Assembly (NCBI GenBank): GCA_040285825.1
Contig: JAUPSS010000004.1
Coordinates: 2,274,550-2,338,549 of the forward strand
Length of the DNA: 64,000 bases
DNA from: Eukaryota sp. TZLM1-RC
Taxonomy: Eukaryota; Protista; Metamonada: BaSk clade
Reading direction: 5' to 3'
The position numbers were made by a program, and so were the translations under genes. Position 1 is the stretch's first letter. Every line of letters begins with the position of its first letter. Positions 36,731 to 47,399 of the stretch are shown piece by piece. The notes beneath the pieces are model-generated. The model ran no database searches. It was not told the origin of the DNA and was given only the letters and a program-made list of their open reading frames with translations.

Positions 36731-37824
36731 TCAGCAGTAGGATCGATCACAAACTTTTCCTTCTATTCTTATTCTACTTTTTTAGAAAATGTTTAAGAAG
36801 ACCGTACAAATACTAGTTGGGGTTGAAGTAAAACTGTAAGTTGAGACATAACGTTTCTGAAACAGTTTGAAATGATTACCAATATTCAGTATATATATGC
36901 AGTAAGCTAAACACAATGTTATAGATCTTTGATTATTACCAGAAGGTATCTGCAAAAAAGGGTTTGGTTGGAATTAAAAAAAAGGGAATACATCGGAATA
37001 ACAGAAAACAATTGTTTATTCTTACTGAGGTGCAGCATGGCCAATGCCGACATTTTCTTTCTTTTGAGTACCATCACTTGCAGCAACTACATAATCTTTC
37101 ATTTCACTGGTGCTACCACACATTATTTTCGTCAAATTTCGGAAGTATGTTGGTCGTCTCATCTATTGCTTCAATTTCAATTCCCTTAAATCCATATATC
37201 GTTGACTTGGGATGAACCAAATGGCCATTCAGCTCAAGTCATTTGACAATGCTTAAACAGTGATTTGAATTTTGCAACTACAATTGTAAGCTCAAAAACC
37301 TAGAGAGTTATGACCGTTTATATTAATTAGTTTTGATGTAGAATATAGCATCTTTTTCCAATACATTCAACTATATAGTAAAGCAACGCAATGTCGAATT
37401 TTTATGAAAGTATGAAATAGTAATAGCTAAGACAAGATAGTGTCAATTGTTATTCGAGTTTGGATTGGGATGTTGAAAAAAACATTCATATAAAAAATCA
37501 TTAGCATAAATGATTTATCGGAACCAATTGACAAATTTAATTGATGAAAAAATGAATTCATTAAACTTCAGCACAAATGCATATACATTGTAAAAAAGAA
37601 CCACAGAAAGACCTTATGAACGGAAAGAATCAAATCATTGTAACCTGTGTTTAATTCAAAAAAATGATAAATGAAAAAAATAAAAAAAGCACAATGAAAT
37701 AGGCTAAGAACAAAAACATCCATTTCAACAAAATATAATAATAAATTAAATTCGCTTTAACTGACCAACAAAGCTTCAATTTAAATCAATAAAAATTCAA
37801 TAATGATTCAATAAAAAATCACTT

Positions 37825-40506
37825 TCAAACCTGAGACCTCATTGACAAACTAAGAGAATCACCATAATTAATTTCTCCAGAAGGTTTGTTATCCAGTGGA
37901 GGTGCACACGAAACAAATTTAAAAACATCAGTAATGATATAACCAACAACTACAGATACCAAAGGAACATTACCGATGATATATTCCACATTCACTCCAA
38001 GTCCGAATAACGGATCCTGTTTGCAATCAAGGATTCCCGTATGACAGATTTCCTTGAAGATAGAATTGACACTAGTAGAGCTACAAAGAAGAGATGTTGT
38101 TCGTAAAATTGAATGTGGCGGAGTATGCTGAAAATGAAGAGGATTGGATGAGTGAAACTTGGTGTTGAACATCCTTAGCTTATTATCACCAGGATATCCA
38201 GTTTTGAATCTTTGTAGTGATAAAACATCCCTAGAAAGAGTAATAAAATGTTTAGAAAGAGGGCGATAGATAAGAGTTTTCATATCCAGTGTTTTTTCTC
38301 TATAAACTTTGATTTTATTTAACAAAAGTTCGTTCAACTCCTCAGAAATTTCAGCTGAATACCCAGTTGGTGGTATGGTCAGACTTGCTGGAGCTTCATA
38401 AACCTTTGCAAAACTAAATAATGTTTTAGACCTTGCAGTAAGAAAGGGTAACCACTTGTCATTTAAAGTGATATTAAAATTAACCTTTTCAATATCCAAT
38501 CTATTAAACTTTTGAACATTCAACCAAACATTTGAGGAATTAAACATACAACCTACAGTTTTGTATGGGAAATTGTTTGATTTTGTGTCAATAAAAGGGG
38601 TACTTCGATGCAAACACCAATGGTGAACAGTCACTGCCTCTTTTCTTGATGTAGAAGAGTCATCAAAGTTGATTGATTGGCTTTCTGAAAAGTCTTCAAC
38701 ATTCTGACCCTCTGACAGGTCACCATCTCTCTTTTTGACCTTCTCAAACGTGACCACCCAATAAGCAAAACCATTAAACTTATCTGTCCCGCACGCAACG
38801 AACGCATCAACCCCCAATCCAATAAAAAGACAGGCTAATAAAATAGCTTTTTCTAATTGAGTTGCCCAAAGTCTATGTATGATTGTAGAAGGGGAACAAA
38901 TTTGTTCCGGAATTGGAGGCCGCTCACCTGGTAATATTTCAGAGTTGCTTGATAGACAAGTTGATTGACTAGAAGGGATCAACGAGATAAGTTCAGCAGC
39001 TGTTGTTTGATTGAATTGTTCATTCGCTCGGTAAAAATTATGTGTTTGAAGGGGAAACAGAAACGACCAAATTGGGCGGAAAACATTGTATTCACAAGGC
39101 GCGCAAATGCAAAAGACCCGCCTTGAAGCAAACCTTCGGACTTCTTTGAGAAAAGAGCTATAATAACCATAAAAGGTACTGGGGTAAGTGTTGTTTGTGA
39201 AGACAGCTTCTGGGTGGTTAGCTGTATCAGCAGAGAAATTCTTGAGGTCTTGACTGAAATTGGGAATTTTTCCTGAATGAGAATTGATTAAAATTGAAGA
39301 AAAATTTTTAATATTTTCGTTTAGCAAATGTTTATCACGATCACGTGCGAATTTTGATTTTTGACCATCATTAAAGGTCGCCAGTAACGTGCCCAAATTA
39401 CTTTGAAATTTATGATTGGTATTCATTACATTAACATTCAAATCATTTTGTAATTTATCTTTAAACCTCCTCAATGCATAGTTTTCCAGCAATTGACGCC
39501 GAATAACAACACCATCTTCATTGCAAGAAAGGGTTAGCTTAATGGTAGGGGGACTGGATTGAAACTTGGCTCCGTGGGGGTTCAATTCCAGGTTGAGGGA
39601 CTTTGGTTGGTGGCTACAATCGAGTAGTATAAAGCTAAGAGGAATCTTGCAATAAGCTATACATTCAGAATGACCAGTTTCAGTTGATTGAGGGTTAGAA
39701 TCAATCAATTCTGATTGGGAAAGTGGTAGAAAACGACGTACTTCTACAATAAGCTGCTGGGCGGCAACCCATTGTTGGGCGGTTCTCAATTTAGCAGGTA
39801 GGTCAAAATTCAGAGAAGTTTTGAACTGCCATGATGTGGGCTGCCAATGATTAAGCACAACTGGTCCATCGCAACTGTTCCCACATAGACAGAAAGACAA
39901 GAAAGCAAGACCCGAGGAGAGATCCAAACGTAGAGGAAAAGGCCATGGAACGGTGGGAAGACTGGTCAGCGACAGGACTGAAATGGAAACCCTTCTATTA
40001 AGAGAACCCTCAATAGCGATATTAGAAAGGTCATCAACTACCCAAGAAGTGTTGGAGCGAACAATTTCTACGAATTGATTAGAAGAAAGAGTTTCAGAGC
40101 CATGTTTGAAGTAATTCTTGATTATTGAATCACCAATAAATTGGGGTATATTGAACCTTCCTGATTTCAGAATACGTTGGAAAGCTTCCTTGCCTATACC
40201 TCTACCATAACGTCTTGAAAACTCATCAAATGCACGACGGACATTTTCCAATTCCTTATCGATAATGTCTTGATAATCAGAAAGAAAACAAATGAAATCA
40301 TCAAATTCAAAAGATGGAGGTGTGTGTTTGAGGGTGCTATACTGGGAAATATAAGATTCACATTGTTCTAAGGAGCGTGCTGGACCAAAAAGTGGTAATA
40401 GATTGTGTAAATCTTGAGCAGTGAGTCGAGAATGATGTTCAGTTAGAAATTGTTCAAAAATACGTTTGTATTGCTGTTCTTGATAAAAAGAGAAGTGGGG
40501 TAACAT
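37825..40506 (-). CDS. CEP76-like protein (C2 + transglutaminase-like) with N-terminal EF-hand-like region
   Basis: AILLACLFIGLGVDAFVACGT, WVVT, FPYKTVGCMFNSSNVWLNVQ; FEFDDFICFL / RRAFDEF EF-hand-like; first ATG at 40506. Confidence 0.75.
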   Translation of the reverse strand: MLPHFSFYQEQQYKRIFEQFLTEHHSRLTAQDLHNLLPLFGPARSLEQCESYISQYSTLKHTPPSFEFDDFICFLSDYQDIIDKELENVRRAFDEFSRRYGRGIGKEAFQRILKSGRFNIPQFIGDSIIKNYFKHGSETLSSNQFVEIVRSNTSWVVDDLSNIAIEGSLNRRVSISVLSLTSLPTVPWPFPLRLDLSSGLAFLSFCLCGNSCDGPVVLNHWQPTSWQFKTSLNFDLPAKLRTAQQWVAAQQLIVEVRRFLPLSQSELIDSNPQSTETGHSECIAYCKIPLSFILLDCSHQPKSLNLELNPHGAKFQSSPPTIKLTLSCNEDGVVIRRQLLENYALRRFKDKLQNDLNVNVMNTNHKFQSNLGTLLATFNDGQKSKFARDRDKHLLNENIKNFSSILINSHSGKIPNFSQDLKNFSADTANHPEAVFTNNTYPSTFYGYYSSFLKEVRRFASRRVFCICAPCEYNVFRPIWSFLFPLQTHNFYRANEQFNQTTAAELISLIPSSQSTCLSSNSEILPGERPPIPEQICSPSTIIHRLWATQLEKAILLACLFIGLGVDAFVACGTDKFNGFAYWVVTFEKVKKRDGDLSEGQNVEDFSESQSINFDDSSTSRKEAVTVHHWCLHRSTPFIDTKSNNFPYKTVGCMFNSSNVWLNVQKFNRLDIEKVNFNITLNDKWLPFLTARSKTLFSFAKVYEAPASLTIPPTGYSAEISEELNELLLNKIKVYREKTLDMKTLIYRPLSKHFITLSRDVLSLQRFKTGYPGDNKLRMFNTKFHSSNPLHFQHTPPHSILRTTSLLCSSTSVNSIFKEICHTGILDCKQDPLFGLGVNVEYIIGNVPLVSVVVGYIITDVFKFVSCAPPLDNKPSGEINYGDSLSLSMRSQV

Positions 40507-40590
40507 ATCACAGCTGTTGTACACACTGTGGGCTCAAAAAGGTTTTGTGAAGTTGTGTTGAGTTAACAGAAGTCAATATAGGATCTGAAC

Positions 40591-40606
40591 GTTGTGATTT
40601 CACAAA
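40591..40606. promoter_or_regulatory. Palindromic TGTGA-TT-TCACA element in a short bidirectional promoter
   Basis: gttgtgatttcacaa lies between the divergent CEP76-like and ROPN1L genes; a similar motif occurs at 56534. Confidence 0.3.
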
Positions 40607-40661
40607 AAAAGTCGCTTATACACCAAACACATATTCCACATAATACACCTTATTTGTAGGA

Positions 40662-41294
40662 ATGGACTCTATTTTTCTCAGAGAACAAATACATGTCCCT
40701 GAGGACCTTCCTTCTATCATAACAGATTGGACAAAGGAGGTTATACGTAATCAACCTAAAAATATCTACCACTTCTCAGCCAACTACTTTGCAGCTCTAG
40801 CCAATGAATCTCTGGGTGAAGATAAGTACACAGTGGAGCCTCTCTCCATTACTGCTGATCAGCTCAACGAGCTTATACAACGACTACCTTCAATTGATGT
40901 GTCACAGTCTCTATCTCTAACAAAACTTCAGCTACTCGACAGTTGTCGCTCTGTTGCCATACCTCCTGTTCTTGCAGAAAATGTCTTTGAGATCCTGGGT
41001 CCTCAATCCAACTCCGTCTCATGGCCTTGTTTTGCTGTATTAATAGCCACCTTTGCGTCTGATTCAGCAACAGAAGCCCTCAAGCTCTTGTATCAATCAC
41101 TATCGTCTTACTTCCAGTCCAATGTCCCTCTTCCGGTCCTTGTGACTTCTACGATGGCTATTGCTGAACGGGACGAATCCTTAGCCAAGTATGTTGATTC
41201 TTTGGTCAGCTTTTCAGGAGAGGATGATTGGAAAAGTAGAACAATCTCTGTGGAGGAGTTTACAAGCAAGGTTGGTTTGTCAGATGTACAATAA
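40662..41294 (+). CDS. ROPN1L: Ropporin-like / radial spoke protein 11 (RIIa domain)
   Basis: EQIHVPEDLPSIITDWTKEVIRNQPKNIYHFSANYFAAL. Confidence 0.8.
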   Translation: MDSIFLREQIHVPEDLPSIITDWTKEVIRNQPKNIYHFSANYFAALANESLGEDKYTVEPLSITADQLNELIQRLPSIDVSQSLSLTKLQLLDSCRSVAIPPVLAENVFEILGPQSNSVSWPCFAVLIATFASDSATEALKLLYQSLSSYFQSNVPLPVLVTSTMAIAERDESLAKYVDSLVSFSGEDDWKSRTISVEEFTSKVGLSDVQ

Positions 41295-41416
41295 TTTCAA
41301 AATAAAATAAAGTAATTTTTAATTTTATTGAAAAACATTTTTAATGTTTTAAATTGTTAATCCAAAACTAAATTTTGTTAAAAAAATTGAAACCTAAATT
41401 CCACGCGGGTTCCAAA

Positions 41417-42155
41417 TTAAAGATCTTTATCAACAATATTTTCCTTGAACACGACATATTTGAAAAATCCTTTGCTAATTGCAATGAACCAATAAACATT
41501 CGCAAAATGGAAAAAAAGAGAAGAAATAGTAAAATGTACACGGAAAGCAAAATTATATTCAGAAAAGGGAAAATCTGTAATATAAAAAAATTATCGAAAT
41601 TACACTGATAAAAATTCTAAAAATCAACCAAAAACCAAATAACAAGCCACCATTTACCCTGAAATACTTACATTTTTTCAAGTCGGGGGTCGAGGAAAAA
41701 TAATAATGAAGATAAACAAACAAATTGGCAACTTCTGATAAGCTTTGGAAAATAGGGTAAAAAAAGCCTGATTTGGTAAAGTGAACCAATAACCACCCAC
41801 TAATACAAAGTAAATGATGAATAAAAAATATACCTTCAAAAAGAGAATGATAGTGGGCAAGTAATAAAAACGTATCAGCCAAGTAATACCCAAATGATAC
41901 ACCCACCAAATGAGCATTGTTTGGGAAGAAGCTGAATCTAGGATGGATTGGAGTAGAAAAAAGAAAGTAGAGTGACAGAGAAAAAATAAAGATAGAATGG
42001 AGTAAAGAAGAACATCTTGTTCGAAGACCGTTCTTCTTTACGATATTCAGAGAGTCGTAACAGGGATGAACCACACGCAAAACACACGGAGAATACTTGA
42101 AAACAAAGATAAAGAAGAACGCTGATAAGGCAGATGCAGTAGTAAAGCTATCCAT
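41417..42155 (-). CDS. TLC-domain membrane protein (TLCD4/TMEM56-like); 1-nt frameshift in the T7 run at ~41584-41590
   Basis: S.LHS, GYYLAD, FFIHH, SEVAN, F..FRI; the shifted frame continues ..ANVYWFIAISKG..KDL*. Confidence 0.75.
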
Positions 42156-42203
42156 TGTGATCGATGATTGAAGTCAACAACAGACAATAACCTTAGCAGA
42201 TAT

Positions 42204-42596
42204 CTAGTCTTCTTCTGAAGAATCCCCATAATGAACCAGTTTTTTAGGAGGGGACGTTGGTGGCGCTGTTTGTGTTGGACTATGCTTCTGGGAAACAGTC
42301 TGTTCCTGAATTACAGGAATATCATCATCTGGTTGGATAGATTTGATATATAATTCTCTCTGTTGTTTCTCGTAAAGTGTGATGTGGTCATATTCAATTT
42401 GAGAGAGTGATGACCTAGCAGCTCGTTTGAGACTGTATCGTTCAAGAAATTCATCTTCTCTCTGCTTCTCTTGCTCAGCAAACTGTTCTCCTAGAGATTT
42501 CCGTTGTTGTGACTGTTGAGTAGAGGGTAATTCTGTGCCGGATTGACGTAGTTCTTCAATCTGCTTCTCCGAGATGAATGAATCTCCTATTGACAT
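42204..42596 (-). CDS. FAM192A/PSME3IP1 (NIP30)-like protein
   Basis: FISEKQIEE..KSLGEQFAEQEKQREDEFLERY..LSQIEYD. Confidence 0.6.
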   Translation of the reverse strand: MSIGDSFISEKQIEELRQSGTELPSTQQSQQRKSLGEQFAEQEKQREDEFLERYSLKRAARSSLSQIEYDHITLYEKQQRELYIKSIQPDDDIPVIQEQTVSQKHSPTQTAPPTSPPKKLVHYGDSSEED

Positions 42597-42667
42597 TAAC
42601 TCAAAAGGTAGCGATTTGTAAGGAAGTTGAGTTGAAATTTGTTAATGTCAATTGAAAATTTTTATTC

Positions 42668-42900
42668 CTACTGTGAATTTCACTTATCATTCACTCCTGT
42701 TTTCAACTTTCTGAATGTCTACTCACAGGCTGTAAGAGACATGTAGCATCATTTGACAAAGACAATCATGATTTTCATCAATGGGCTACCTCACTTAAAT
42801 ACACCTACTGCTTTCACAGAACAAAGCCTCGCGACTTGATGTATCTCAGTGGATCTACCAAATGCTACCAAGGTATTTGTAGATCGGTCTCAAAAGTTTT
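42668..42900 (-). ncRNA. Putative Fanzor omegaRNA / element right end (Fz-2 copy A)
   Basis: Non-coding, conserved with 57978-58225 up to a sharp boundary; hairpins GATCTAC..GTAGATC and ATGTCT-CTTACA..TGTGAG-AGACAT. Confidence 0.65.
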
Positions 42901-42977
42901 TCAAAAAAATCAAAATACTACAAAATAAAATAAAAGTTGTTCCAAAGTTTTTGTTTCTGTATGCTCATGTTCCCCAT

Positions 42978-44082
42978 TCATCTCCTCAACAGAGCATCTG
43001 GGCAAATGTATCTTTCCCGCAACAATTCCGCTTTCTTCTTAATTTGAATATTTTTTTGCAGCGGAAATATCTCTGTCATATACTATTTGACACTCAGTAC
43101 AAATACGCATCTGCCATGAGCCTGCTTGAATATTCTCGGCCATGCAACAACTTGACATTTTGCTTGTATTAAATTCACTGGTTACCAAGTGCTTCACGTT
43201 CTTTTGATAACACAACCATTTTCTGAAAGCCCTTGGTGATCCATATCGATTGACTTTTCGGCAATGAGAAGGGAAATTAGCAGAACCCACAGCAAGATAG
43301 AGTTTTTCAGGATGTCCAGCCAGCCTTTGAAATTTGTTGAGACTCTCTCTGAACCGTCTCTCTTTTCGTCTGCGGTTATCAAATTTAATTATTTTCCATT
43401 TCTGGCGATTACTTTCCAAATACACTTTCCTCCTGACCAAATTCCAATGGTTCAAATATTGGTTGGGAGAGTGTTTACTGGGTGAAGGTTTTGTCATGTA
43501 TCTTCTGCCAGTTGGACAAGGAATAACTCCACATTGATTATCATTTAAGCAGTAACCATATAATCTTGATTGGCCAATATCAACGCCGATAAGGGGGCTT
43601 TCAGGTAAAATTTCGACTGGATGTCTACGTCTTCGATGGGGCATTTTTTTAGTACCCTTCAACTGTGTTTCTCTGGTTTTGTTGGCATTAGGGTCACTTT
43701 TCATTTCTTTTTTTGATCTTATTTTCTTTTTCGGTGGTTCATCCAGCTCATTTGTGTTTTCTGAGTCATTATTTTTACCTTCAAAGGTCAAAAGCAGTTC
43801 ATTACCATGAGTTTTCAATAAAATTTGTTTAAATCTCTTTTTCAAACTTTTTCTGTTGATATTGAATTTTTGGTAAGGACATTGTTTGAATATTCGTTTC
43901 AGACATGTATTTTTGATAAATTTCGTTTTGGAAGATGACTCTTCAATAAGTGGAAATTTTTTCACAGAGTCGAAAACATGTGAAGGTATTTCATGAAATT
44001 TAGAACCTTTATGAAAAGCTAAAATAATTATTCTAAATTTTTTCCAGCAATGTGTATGAGAAAAGAAAGTGAGTAAGTATTG
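42978..44082 (-). CDS. Compact Fanzor/TnpB-like RNA-guided nuclease (family Fz-2, copy A)
   Basis: RuvC-I LIGVDIG, RuvC-II TSEFNTSKMSSCC, CTEC..YDRDISAA (RuvC-III); one extra A in the run at ~43051-43057 relative to copy B; frame is open upstream to 44082 with no ATG there (start uncertain). Confidence 0.85.
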
Positions 44083-44654
44083 TTAAATTTTAAGATTAAA
44101 GAAAAATAGCTCACCAATTTCCTTTGATGAAAAGGTGATTTTATCAAGTGAGGACAGTAGGGAAGCAGTGGTAGGAAATCTTTGAAGGAGATTCAAGATA
44201 AACTTACATGCATTTAATAAAAAGAATCTTCCTCTTGAATTCTTCAGATTGAAAATGATGTATTGTTCGAGAACAGAACCAACAACTACTTCTTCGGGTT
44301 GGGCTAAGGGTTCATCTAAAAGCCATGCCGGTCCAGGTGGAAAGAGACCAGCCACAGGTGCTTACATGAACACGTGCTTACAAATAGTATCCAAATCGCT
44401 CGTATTTATAGAGAAAATAGATCAGAGTACATTCAAAAAGGTTTGTACTTTTCAACATTCACCACAGCTCGCGAGCACACTCGTCGCTATGCAATGTAAT
44501 ATGTCTTAAGTGCTGTCCGTTGTCTTTTTGTTCCCATAAATTTGTGTTGAAAATGTGTTGTGTGTTGTAATAATCTCTTTTATGGAATTAGTTTTGTCCA
44601 CAAATTTTTATTCATAGAACAGTCACATTTTAAAACTCAATCAAAAACCTTAAC

Positions 44655-44960
44655 TAAAGCTTTTACCTACTCAAGCCCCATCAATTGAATGACGGAAGAT
44701 TTTCGCTATTGACTTAAATAGGAACTCGCTTGTTATAAAACTCCATAATATTATTCAAAATGGAGGAAATATAACGAGGAAGAGCTTTCAATAACGAAAA
44801 TACCATTCTGTTCTTCCAAATAAAAAAATCAAATGTACAACCACTTTCGTTGAGAAGTTTTCCTAAATCATCTAACAGGTTGAGTCCTTTAGTTCCACTG
44901 TGCCGAAAATTGAAATAGCAATTGAAACAAATTTGATGTAAATTTTGAGTTCGTTCGAGT
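44655..44960 (-). mobile_element. Degenerate R-E-like retrotransposon 3' remnant
   Basis: WKNRMVFSL; gaatgacggaagattttcgctatt is shared with 29207-29232. Confidence 0.65.
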
Positions 44961-45633
44961 TCAGCAGAAGCTTTTTCAATTATATCAATTAATGCTGATT
45001 AAATTTTAATGAGCTTTAAATTTTAGTACAAAATTTTCGTACATAGAAGTTTCTACCAAAAAATTTTTGCCTAAATAAATTTTCAAGGAGTAAGAAAAAC
45101 TATAGCGAGAAACCAAACAGATCAGTATCTGTGTATTGGAAACCTTGGTTCTATGAATTTTGTCCTTTTAGATCTGAAATCATTTGGTGGAACAGTCAAA
45201 TTAGAAACAAATTTGAGCTTCAATTTCTGTCATTATCTTACCTTCCACTGACTAACAATTACCATAGCGATTATTAGTTAGTGTGATTAGTTTTCCGGTG
45301 TTTTTCAAGTTAAAATTACCGTTGATGAAATCTAAAAATTACCACGATCCCATGTGTTACCTTTCTAAAAATGCTGAAGATTGTGGTGAATGATAGCTGC
45401 CCATTGATCTGCTAATTGTGATTAGAACTATAATCACTATAATGTGGTTGGTCCTTGTAAGCGACATAATGAGCGACATATTGATGTCTAGATAGTAATT
45501 CTAATTGCAAGAAGCTCCATAGGTGTGAAATCTATTTCGAAAGAGCTAAATCAGTTACGGATTCTTTTGCAAAAAAACCTACTAATTTATTAATATTTTT
45601 CTTTTTCAAAAAAGCATCCATCTTTACACATAC

Positions 45634-45840
45634 ATGGGCAGAAAATCGTTTATTCCTCGTAATCCTAGAGTAAAAGGTGACACTCTTGACAAACACGTTG
45701 CTTTTGAAAGACATCAACAACCCATTTCAACTCTGACACATGGACGCAAGGGAATGAAGGCAGGAAATGTGCCACTGCATGTCAGAGCGGAAAGGTTCAC
45801 AGATGGAGAATTTGGTGAAAGGAAAAGAAAAGGTAATTAA
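45634..45840 (+). CDS. Small basic hypothetical protein (68 aa)
   Basis: ATG ORF with higher GC than its flanks; no recognised domain. Confidence 0.4.
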   Translation: MGRKSFIPRNPRVKGDTLDKHVAFERHQQPISTLTHGRKGMKAGNVPLHVRAERFTDGEFGERKRKGN

Positions 45841-46333
45841 CACTGATAATTGATTTACAGTTGGAAGAGAATTCTGGAAATAAAACAATCAAGTAAATAC
45901 GTTTGTAAGCTTTTAGAATCAGCAGAATTTAGTAGCTGTTTGATTTTGTTCTTAACACTTTTTTTTGAAAACTGTCGATTATTTAAACACTATCAACAAG
46001 CAACATTATTAACTGAACTACATGGAAATCATTACTCAGATGAGTTTTCAACCGACTGATGGAGCTTTTTTCTGTGTTTGATCAGGACTGCATAAAATTG
46101 AGCTGATTTGTGCTTGAACAGTACTAAGGGCGCCAATAGTCCTGTTGAACAGAACATCAACGTGAACAAAATTAAGACTCACAGGAAATCATTAAACCAC
46201 TCCTGTTCTTAACATGATGAACATGGCTGATGCATTGTAAAAGAAATGAAAAAGTTTTGAAAAGGATGATTCATTTCATCTTCTAAAAGACTCAACGGGT
46301 TACTACTATTTTACACATTTGTGCTACTAACTG

Positions 46334-46666
46334 ATGTCACATGTCACAGTCTTTGATAAGTCAGGAATAAATTCACTCTTGGAAGCAGAAACAGAAGCCG
46401 CAAAGATGATCGAAGAGGCCAGGAATATGCGTGCAAAGAGAATGCTTCAAGCTAAAAAAGAAGCTGAGCAAACTATCGCAAAACTCCAAGCTGATAATGA
46501 TACCAGAATAGAAGAGTTTACTAAAGAGCATATAGGGGACATTGAAGAGTACCGTCGATCCCTGAAGGAAGAAACAGCCACCAAGATACAACAACTTGAA
46601 TCACGAGTCACGGAAAACCTAGAACACACAGTTCAGGAGCTTCTTAGCATAATAACGTGCCAATAA
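46334..46666 (+). CDS. ATP6V1G: V-type ATPase subunit G
   Basis: SGINSLLEAETEAAKMIEEARNMRAKRMLQAKKEAEQ. Confidence 0.93.
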   Translation: MSHVTVFDKSGINSLLEAETEAAKMIEEARNMRAKRMLQAKKEAEQTIAKLQADNDTRIEEFTKEHIGDIEEYRRSLKEETATKIQQLESRVTENLEHTVQELLSIITCQ

Positions 46667-46722
46667 TGTTCAAATAAACAACAAAAAACATCAACTATTT
46701 ATTTACAAAATAACTTACTTTA

Positions 46723-47334
46723 TTACAGATTGTCTAAATGAACAGAGATATCTTCAACAGTATTGAAAAGGGCTTCCAGCTCTCGTTCGTTTAGCTCAAT
46801 GTTAACATTTTCCTTCGAGATGCCGTTAGAAAGCTTCAAACCAAGTAAAACGCTAGGGACAGAAGTGCTTTTGTTTGATGAATGACTAACAGTTTTGTTT
46901 AACTTCCAATCAGAGCTTTCAAGGAAAGTTTTCCCGGCCAAATGACGGTCTCTTGCAGCTAAAAGAAGCTGCTCAGATTTTGAAGTCCAAATGTCAACAA
47001 ATGCGGTGAGTTTTCGTTCAGTCATTCCAAATCCGGCAAGGGCAGATTCCAGATCAGAAGTAGAAGCATCCATGTATATACATTGTTCAAAAATAAAGAA
47101 ACAGACTGAAGTAAGAATGTGAAATTCAGGGGATGTTATGCGTAAAGAAGCAGGTAGATCCTCTATTTCAGTGGGTGTAAGAGATCCCCTGCATTTGGTC
47201 TGTATTGAAGAAAGGACGTCTAAAAAGCGATGAAGTTTTGAGGTTGAACACTTCTCAATGATAGCGACAGCTTCTCGAAATCAATAATTAGTTGATAAAC
47301 AAACAAACCTTGGAGTATCATCAAAGAGAATCAT
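46723..47334 (-). CDS. COMMD10: COMM domain-containing protein 10; predicted intron 47282-47308
   Basis: MILFDDTPR/FREAVAII..FIFEQCIY..AFVDIW..LESSDWKLN..LFNTVEDISVHLDNL; in-frame TGA at 47281-47283 requires splicing. Confidence 0.8.
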
Positions 47335-47399
47335 TGAAACAGATGATGTCTATAACAATGAAATAAGTGTCCTTTTTACACCGATGGAGAGGGTAATTA

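Noticed and set aside
41584-41590. Programmed frameshifting in the TLC gene, Fanzor and retro ORFs
   Set aside because: The shifts mostly fall in homopolymers and differ between copies; sequencing error or decay is simpler
44072-44082. CAATACTTACT upstream of Fz-2A is the inverse of the flank of Fz-2B (57969-57979), a possible TIR
   Set aside because: Only 11 AT-rich bp, from different copies, and absent at the right end of copy A; not supportable without more copies
44083-44509. Possible gene fragment (VAGLFPPGPAWLLDEP)
   Set aside because: Interrupted by stops and no family recognised
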